Assembly: GCA_965279515.1 (NCBI GenBank)
Contig: CBDIID010000003.1
Coordinates: 928,001 to 992,000 of the forward strand
Source of the DNA: Turneriella sp.
Lineage (GTDB): Bacteria > Spirochaetota > Leptospiria > Turneriellales > Turneriellaceae
DNA length: 64,000 nucleotides
Direction of reading: 5' to 3'
The notes beneath the pieces were generated by a model. It was not told the DNA's origin. It saw only the letters and a program-made list of their open reading frames with translations, and made no database searches. This document shows positions 59,054-64,000 of this stretch, piece by piece (position 1 is the first letter of the stretch; every line of letters starts with the position of its first letter). Made by a program: the position numbers and the translations under genes.

Positions 59054-60391
59054 TCAGCGGCCTTTCGGTGCAGGCCGCGCAGGTGCGGCCTTGGCGGGCT
59101 TCGCTGGTTTTGCCGGCACTGCGGTATTCAGCGTACTCGGCGCCGCGGTATCCGTACTCAGCTCGCCCGCAGCAGGTTCCTGGCCAAAGTGATAATCCAC
59201 CGCGATGCTCGCAAAACCTTCCCATGACGTTCTGGTTTTATGCTCAAAACCGGAATAACTTGCGTCAGTTGCCCCGCTGTCGCCGGCAAAACCGGTGCGG
59301 ACATATTTGTCAGTACTATAGGGGTTAACGAACCACCAGTGGCCTTCGTAACCGACGCTGATGATAATACCGACATTGTTGATACGCAGCGGTACGAACT
59401 CGATCGCCGTATTGACAATGTATTCATTTTCATTAAAGCGCGGGGATTTCGCCAACTGGGTAAAATACGTGAGCGCCGGGAAATAAAAATGTGTTCTCAA
59501 ACGTACCTGGGGATGGAACTGAATATACTGCCGGTAAACGAACATGAAGGTCGAGTATGTCCAGTCGTCTTGGCGCGTGGTGACACGCACCGGGTCAGAA
59601 TAGTCTTTGTAATACCAGACACGCAGACTCGGACCAAGCGACGCATCAAACCAGCGGAAAGCACTGCCCCAGTTCATGACAAAGTTGAGCGGCGTAAAAT
59701 GGTAAAAGGCGTTCGCGTATACCATCGTCACTTCTGCCGCGGTCTTGCCGGCACCCTGCCGTAAGGCATCTGAGATTCCGGCGCGCTGTAAATTCTGTGC
59801 TGTTACGGCACTTGTGCCCAATGCGCTATTATAACCTAAATCCACGGGAATCTCGGTCGTACCGGAGGGAGAAGTTTCAGAATAATTGAAGCGGCTGGGT
59901 TTATTTTCGGTCCGCTGCGTTTTAAATCCCAATTCAAAATCGGTAAAGATACCGCGATTGGAACGATAATAATGGAAGCCGGTTTTGGTATCGTGGTCCT
60001 TTTCCTTATCTTTACCGAGCCGGAAGCTCAGATCGAGCCCGAACATCGTCGTATAATCCCAGCCTGGAAGCGAATAGCCGCGGGTTGTGTTTGTGGTGGG
60101 ATTTTCCGTTTTGTTGTTAAAATTATAGATGCCGGCGGAGACAGCGACAGTGAATGTGCCGCGCGTCTCATTTTTTCCCATGTCAAGATTTTCGTATTTG
60201 CGTTCCGGTAATTTCACCGGATTTGAACCGGCGAGCTCGCGTTCTTCTTTTCCACCGGCCGGTTTCTTTCCCGGTTTGGCCGCAGCTTTTACGGGTGCCT
60301 TTGCAGGAGCGGCTTTGCGCGGCGCTGCTGACAGTGCGGCAAGCGTCCCTGCGATTAAAACTAAAGTGGCGTTTTGAAACACTCTTCTCAT
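59054..60391 (-). CDS. Hypothetical exported protein, probable outer-membrane beta-barrel with Ala/Lys/Pro-rich ends
   Basis: Signal peptide; many aromatic amphipathic strands (ISVGYEGHWW, FASIAVDYHF). Confidence 0.7.
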   Translation of the reverse strand: MRRVFQNATLVLIAGTLAALSAAPRKAAPAKAPVKAAAKPGKKPAGGKEERELAGSNPVKLPERKYENLDMGKNETRGTFTVAVSAGIYNFNNKTENPTTNTTRGYSLPGWDYTTMFGLDLSFRLGKDKEKDHDTKTGFHYYRSNRGIFTDFELGFKTQRTENKPSRFNYSETSPSGTTEIPVDLGYNSALGTSAVTAQNLQRAGISDALRQGAGKTAAEVTMVYANAFYHFTPLNFVMNWGSAFRWFDASLGPSLRVWYYKDYSDPVRVTTRQDDWTYSTFMFVYRQYIQFHPQVRLRTHFYFPALTYFTQLAKSPRFNENEYIVNTAIEFVPLRINNVGIIISVGYEGHWWFVNPYSTDKYVRTGFAGDSGATDASYSGFEHKTRTSWEGFASIAVDYHFGQEPAAGELSTDTAAPSTLNTAVPAKPAKPAKAAPARPAPKGR

Positions 60392-60870
60392 TGCACCGCC
60401 ACAAAATTCGAATAAAGACGCCCGGTCTTACCGTCGTATTTATAATCTAAACGGATAATATAGTAGCCCTTAAACGAGGCTGCTGTGGTCGTAAATGTCC
60501 CGGAACCCGCTCCGGTAAGGGCATAAACAGATCCATATCCCAGCGACCCACCCTGCTTAACAGTATTGATCTCCGTTTGGCTTGGCGCGTTAGCATTATA
60601 GAGCAACTGTGCTCCGTTTGTGCCGTTGATCTGGATATCGCTGGTTGATAACTCTGTTACTTTGCCTTTATCATCGGTATAATATACAGAACCCCATGTG
60701 AGCGTTGCATTGGTCGCGGACGGCTCCCCTGTTAAAACGTACCGGAAGGAACCGCTGTCATAGATGCGGTCGAGGGGATTATCATGTGCCATACGCATCT
60801 CTGTCATGGTGCATGATGCACCACTCAGCGCAACGAGGAGCGTGATAAAAACCGGCCCCAATCTTACCAT
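60388..60870 (-). CDS. Hypothetical lipoprotein, Ig/Fn3-like beta-sandwich
   Basis: LSGAS-C lipobox, DNPLD after Cys, ATLTW..YYIIR..YSN; overlaps neighbours. Confidence 0.65.
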   Translation of the reverse strand: MVRLGPVFITLLVALSGASCTMTEMRMAHDNPLDRIYDSGSFRYVLTGEPSATNATLTWGSVYYTDDKGKVTELSTSDIQINGTNGAQLLYNANAPSQTEINTVKQGGSLGYGSVYALTGAGSGTFTTTAASFKGYYIIRLDYKYDGKTGRLYSNFVAVQ

Positions 60871-61736
60871 TTGGGCCTCGTATTCTGCATCATGAATCTC
60901 TGGAAAAATGAAATTTGCGGTTCGTAGTTGAGCTTGCCCTTAAAATATTTCTGGTGAACCTGGTAGAGTACATCGTCTGCACGTTCACGGTCCTCAAAGG
61001 CTTCCCAGACTGAGTATGCCCAGGTCAGGGCACCAATCACATACATGGTACGCGCAACCTCTTGATGGTTACGCATCTCTTTGTACTTCTGCTCGGCATC
61101 AGAAGGACTGCTGGCGTTATTATATTCCGTACGCGCCTGAGCTGCTTTCGTCTCACGCGAATAACCATACCCAATCGAACCATAGGTTACCAGCGCCATC
61201 GCTGCGCCCGTGATATAGTTTTTATTGTAGAACTGTCCCCAACCGGAGAGCACAATCGAACGGATGCAGGCCCCCTCGGCTGTCTTCATAATCTCGGTGG
61301 TAAAAAAATCTAAATCGAAAAAACTCACCGTCACATGACAATCCATGACAGCCACGTGGAACGGAGAGAAATCAAAACCGTGATCCCAGTTGGGGTCATT
61401 GCAGCGCGCTTCGTCGATAACCTTCGCATTCACATCAGCGATCAGTTGCTCAGTCGTGACGGCAAAATCCTTGGTCTCAACGATCATGTGGCGGAAGCTC
61501 GAAATAGAACGTTCGAGCGCTTTTTTATGCGCGTCTATTTTCGCATTGTGAATGGCAATTTCTCTCGAGCGCCCCTTGCCTATCGCATCGCGTACACGCA
61601 CAACCTTCTGCGTAGAAAAATACTCCTTGTCGAGCCCCAGATCAACGGCAGAGGGTTTCGTTTCCTGGGCCTGCAGCGCACTGCCAGTCAAACATAAGGC
61701 TGATACAAAGATGAGAAACTTTTTACTTGTACTCAT
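60864..61736 (-). CDS. Hypothetical exported protein with RS..GWGQ.YN (DUF5683-like) C-terminal domain
   Basis: Signal peptide (ALQA-Q); IRSIVLSGWGQFYN; paralogous to next gene. Confidence 0.7.
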   Translation of the reverse strand: MSTSKKFLIFVSALCLTGSALQAQETKPSAVDLGLDKEYFSTQKVVRVRDAIGKGRSREIAIHNAKIDAHKKALERSISSFRHMIVETKDFAVTTEQLIADVNAKVIDEARCNDPNWDHGFDFSPFHVAVMDCHVTVSFFDLDFFTTEIMKTAEGACIRSIVLSGWGQFYNKNYITGAAMALVTYGSIGYGYSRETKAAQARTEYNNASSPSDAEQKYKEMRNHQEVARTMYVIGALTWAYSVWEAFEDRERADDVLYQVHQKYFKGKLNYEPQISFFQRFMMQNTRPKW

Positions 61737-61737
61737 A

Positions 61738-62511
61738 TTATCCGCCAAAGCTCCAGGTAAAAAGAACGAAGTCAAACTTCACGCCCCGCTCGGTGAGCGG
61801 CACATAATCATAACGGGCATCGAGGCGGTATGCCTGGCGCAGGTTTTCCAACCCCTGCCTGCCCATATAACGTGAGGTAGCGGCTTCAGAAACGTTGAAA
61901 CTCCATAAAATCAGCGCGGGTAACTGGAAGTTCAGCGCGGCCGTATTTAAGTCGTCGCTATTCGCAGCGCTCTTGGCCGCCTGAATAAAGAGAATATAGA
62001 AAGCCCAGAATGCAGTTCCATAGAGCAGGCTCGTCGTGTACTGGCGGTTGTAGATCTGGCCCCAGCCAGGCACAGCCATCGAGCGGTAGGTGGCACCAGT
62101 TACCGTTTTTTCATAGTCTTCCATGAATTTGGGCAGATCGACATAATCCATCTGCATCGTGACGCTCATGTTGACGCGAATCGGTTCACCTACAGGGCGG
62201 GAAAATTTGTACTTCAATACCTGCAGGTCGGTGACCTGCAGGTGCGCTTCTTTTCTGACCCAGGTTTCTTTAAGCACGAAATCCTGTGTTTCGCTGCGGC
62301 CGATGATTTCGGATTCTCCGAGGCTTTGCCCCGTCTTCATCGCCGCTTCGACGGCATTATTAAAGGCTTCAACAGGATCTTCTTTTAAACTTTCGCCGAC
62401 CGCATCCTCTTCGGAAATTTTGATCTTAAAGCTATTGGTATATTCACCGGCAGCGATGGGAATCACCGCCATAAATGCAGCACACAAAAGTGTATTTTTC
62501 AGGAATGCCAT
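61738..62511 (-). CDS. Hypothetical exported protein with RS..PGWGQ.YN (DUF5683-like) C-terminal domain
   Basis: Signal peptide; YRSMAVPGWGQIYN; terminal beta-strand FDFVLFTWSF. Confidence 0.7.
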   Translation of the reverse strand: MAFLKNTLLCAAFMAVIPIAAGEYTNSFKIKISEEDAVGESLKEDPVEAFNNAVEAAMKTGQSLGESEIIGRSETQDFVLKETWVRKEAHLQVTDLQVLKYKFSRPVGEPIRVNMSVTMQMDYVDLPKFMEDYEKTVTGATYRSMAVPGWGQIYNRQYTTSLLYGTAFWAFYILFIQAAKSAANSDDLNTAALNFQLPALILWSFNVSEAATSRYMGRQGLENLRQAYRLDARYDYVPLTERGVKFDFVLFTWSFGG

Positions 62512-62512
62512 A

Positions 62513-63112
62513 TTATTTCCACTCCACGGGGGCCCACATGTAACCAGCGCGGTATTCAGTTTCCCAGTTCTGCTGACCCGGATGCCCGATGAACACGACC
62601 GAAGATGTTAGCCCCCAAAGCTCAACACCCATTTGCCCATACACACCCCAGCGGTCATAATAGGTTTGATTATAACGTAAATTCACGCCTAAACCAAAGT
62701 GCATTTTCAGATAAAACGGCGTATATGTGCGGAACATGATACCGGGATAGCTGGAGTAGATCCACTGCTTATCACCGGGGTAAGTCTTGCCGGGATTATA
62801 CTGTGGTGAAATGTCAAAGTCAATGTAGTAGTAAAAAAATTTATGGCCAATCCATTGCTCGTCGAGTTTCGAATTCACCAGCAGGCCAACACCACCGCCG
62901 ACCTGGTTGAAAAAGCCCGCATCAGCTTGCCTGTCGAGGCCGCGCGACGATTTGTTGGCATAAAACCAGGGAATCACCTTTGCCGGTTCGTGATGAAACT
63001 CGGTTGAGCGCATGTTCTCGCGCGCAGGTTTTACTTGTGGCCCCCGCGAACGGCAATGCGCCGCAAGTACGCATGCCAAAGACAATAATATGTATATCCG
63101 CAACCTGTTCAT
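62513..63112 (-). CDS. Hypothetical lipoprotein with small beta-barrel-like domain
   Basis: LAAH-C lipobox-like; strands HFGLGVNLRY, WGVYGQMGVEL, EYRAGYMW. Confidence 0.65.
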   Translation of the reverse strand: MNRLRIYILLSLACVLAAHCRSRGPQVKPARENMRSTEFHHEPAKVIPWFYANKSSRGLDRQADAGFFNQVGGGVGLLVNSKLDEQWIGHKFFYYYIDFDISPQYNPGKTYPGDKQWIYSSYPGIMFRTYTPFYLKMHFGLGVNLRYNQTYYDRWGVYGQMGVELWGLTSSVVFIGHPGQQNWETEYRAGYMWAPVEWK

Positions 63113-63606
63113 ATATTTAATAACCGGAATGCATATTTGAAGCCGACAGCGACCGAAGTTCCCGTCGGATACCGGTAATCCCCGGCATTATTGTCCATGT
63201 AGCGGAAGGTGTAAAAGATACGCCAATTGTCGGAAAAAAAGAAATCCATACCGACGGCAAAATGGTACGCATAAGTTTTAGGTAGCCATGGCATAATGCC
63301 GCCACCCACGAAGACACTCATTTTATCCGTACGAATAAAATGGAAATAACCGGAGAATGCCACAAAGAACAGGCGGTAGTTACTGCCGAGATAGTTTTCC
63401 TGATCCGTTTTGCCGGTAAACACCTGCGGGGAAATAAAACCTTCAATTTCTGCATCAAAGCGCTTGTTAGAGGTAAAAAACCCAAAGCCGAGAAAGTTCG
63501 TCTCCTTTGAGTTCATATACTCGACCTTTGCCCCGCCAAATTCTACTGCATTTGTAACGGTGGTTAAGCCTGCAAGAAGCAAAGCGAGAAGGGATATTTT
63601 TTTCAT
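63109..63606 (-). CDS. Small 8-stranded outer-membrane beta-barrel-like protein
   Basis: MKKISLLALLLAG..TNA signal; VFVGGG, FAVGMDFFF, VAVGFKYAF. Confidence 0.7.
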   Translation of the reverse strand: MKKISLLALLLAGLTTVTNAVEFGGAKVEYMNSKETNFLGFGFFTSNKRFDAEIEGFISPQVFTGKTDQENYLGSNYRLFFVAFSGYFHFIRTDKMSVFVGGGIMPWLPKTYAYHFAVGMDFFFSDNWRIFYTFRYMDNNAGDYRYPTGTSVAVGFKYAFRLLNI

Positions 63607-63617
63607 CAGCCGCAGCA

Positions 63618-64000
63618 TTACTTGAGCTCCTCTAAAAGAGCCTTATGCTCTTTTTCAAAACGGCCGGTCGCTTTTCTGATAAAGTCCATTTCGTCCGCAT
63701 CACTGCCAATGATTTCGGTTTGCGCCGAGAGGCCCGAGTCACCCTTCTTATAATACAGCGTAAAGAGTTTCAGCTCGCCGCGGTTGCTGTCGACAAACAG
63801 CTTGCTGAACACAATCAGGTCGGCTCCCAGTGCTTGCTGAATGCGCTTGAGGTAAGCGCTCTCCAGCTCACCCGGATTTTGTTTCGGCGCAGCAACGAGC
63901 TTGTTGGCGTTGATCAGACGGCCGGCGCCGCCCTTGCCGACTTCGATCAGGTAGTTGCCGCGTAGTTTTTCCTTGATCGAATAATTCTTGGTGCGGCCGG
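63618..64000 (-). CDS. Partial CDS (C-terminus), CsgG/TolB-N-like motif
   Basis: Frame open from window edge: ...ESAYLKRIQQALGADLIVFSKLFVDSNRGELKLF...; start lies outside window. Confidence 0.55.
   Translation of the reverse strand, partial: GRTKNYSIKEKLRGNYLIEVGKGGAGRLINANKLVAAPKQNPGELESAYLKRIQQALGADLIVFSKLFVDSNRGELKLFTLYYKKGDSGLSAQTEIIGSDADEMDFIRKATGRFEKEHKALLEELK

Overview
Gene-dense, mostly housekeeping chromosomal segment. It most likely comes from a Leptospiraceae spirochaete (Turneriella/Leptospira-like); this is inferred from the hemA-hemCD-hemL-HK/RR-hemE cluster, a Leptospira-type HAMP-SpoIIE phosphatase and spirochaetal lipoboxes. Recognisable genes include lhr, coaD, lnt, lolD/lolC-E, tRNA-Met and tRNA-fMet, an OatA-like acyltransferase, a NifU-pentapeptide/pirin/hydrolase operon, GGDEF and class III cyclases, cobB, a partial T2SS locus (gspC-like, lepB, PBP, gspDEF), purH, dapF, a divergent sigma70-like gene pair, slyD, terC and ychF. 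The window ends in an operon of at least 7 uncharacterised envelope proteins. I found no transposase, integrase, rRNA or CRISPR array. The most striking unexplained signal is a set of short, GC-rich double-hairpin insertions inside genes, all multiples of 3 nt and flanked by 2-4 nt duplications: two exact 54-nt inserts after the same TTTTCG site in cobB, two 27-nt inserts in a tandem pseudo-copy of tRNA-Met, and a 24-nt insert in an alpha/beta hydrolase. Other highlights are a perfect TGACA-N6-TGACA box upstream of hemA, DapF with its second catalytic Cys replaced by Ser, an IscU-like domain lacking its third Cys fused to pentapeptide repeats, and a probable CTG start codon. All family calls come from motif recognition by eye, not database searches.
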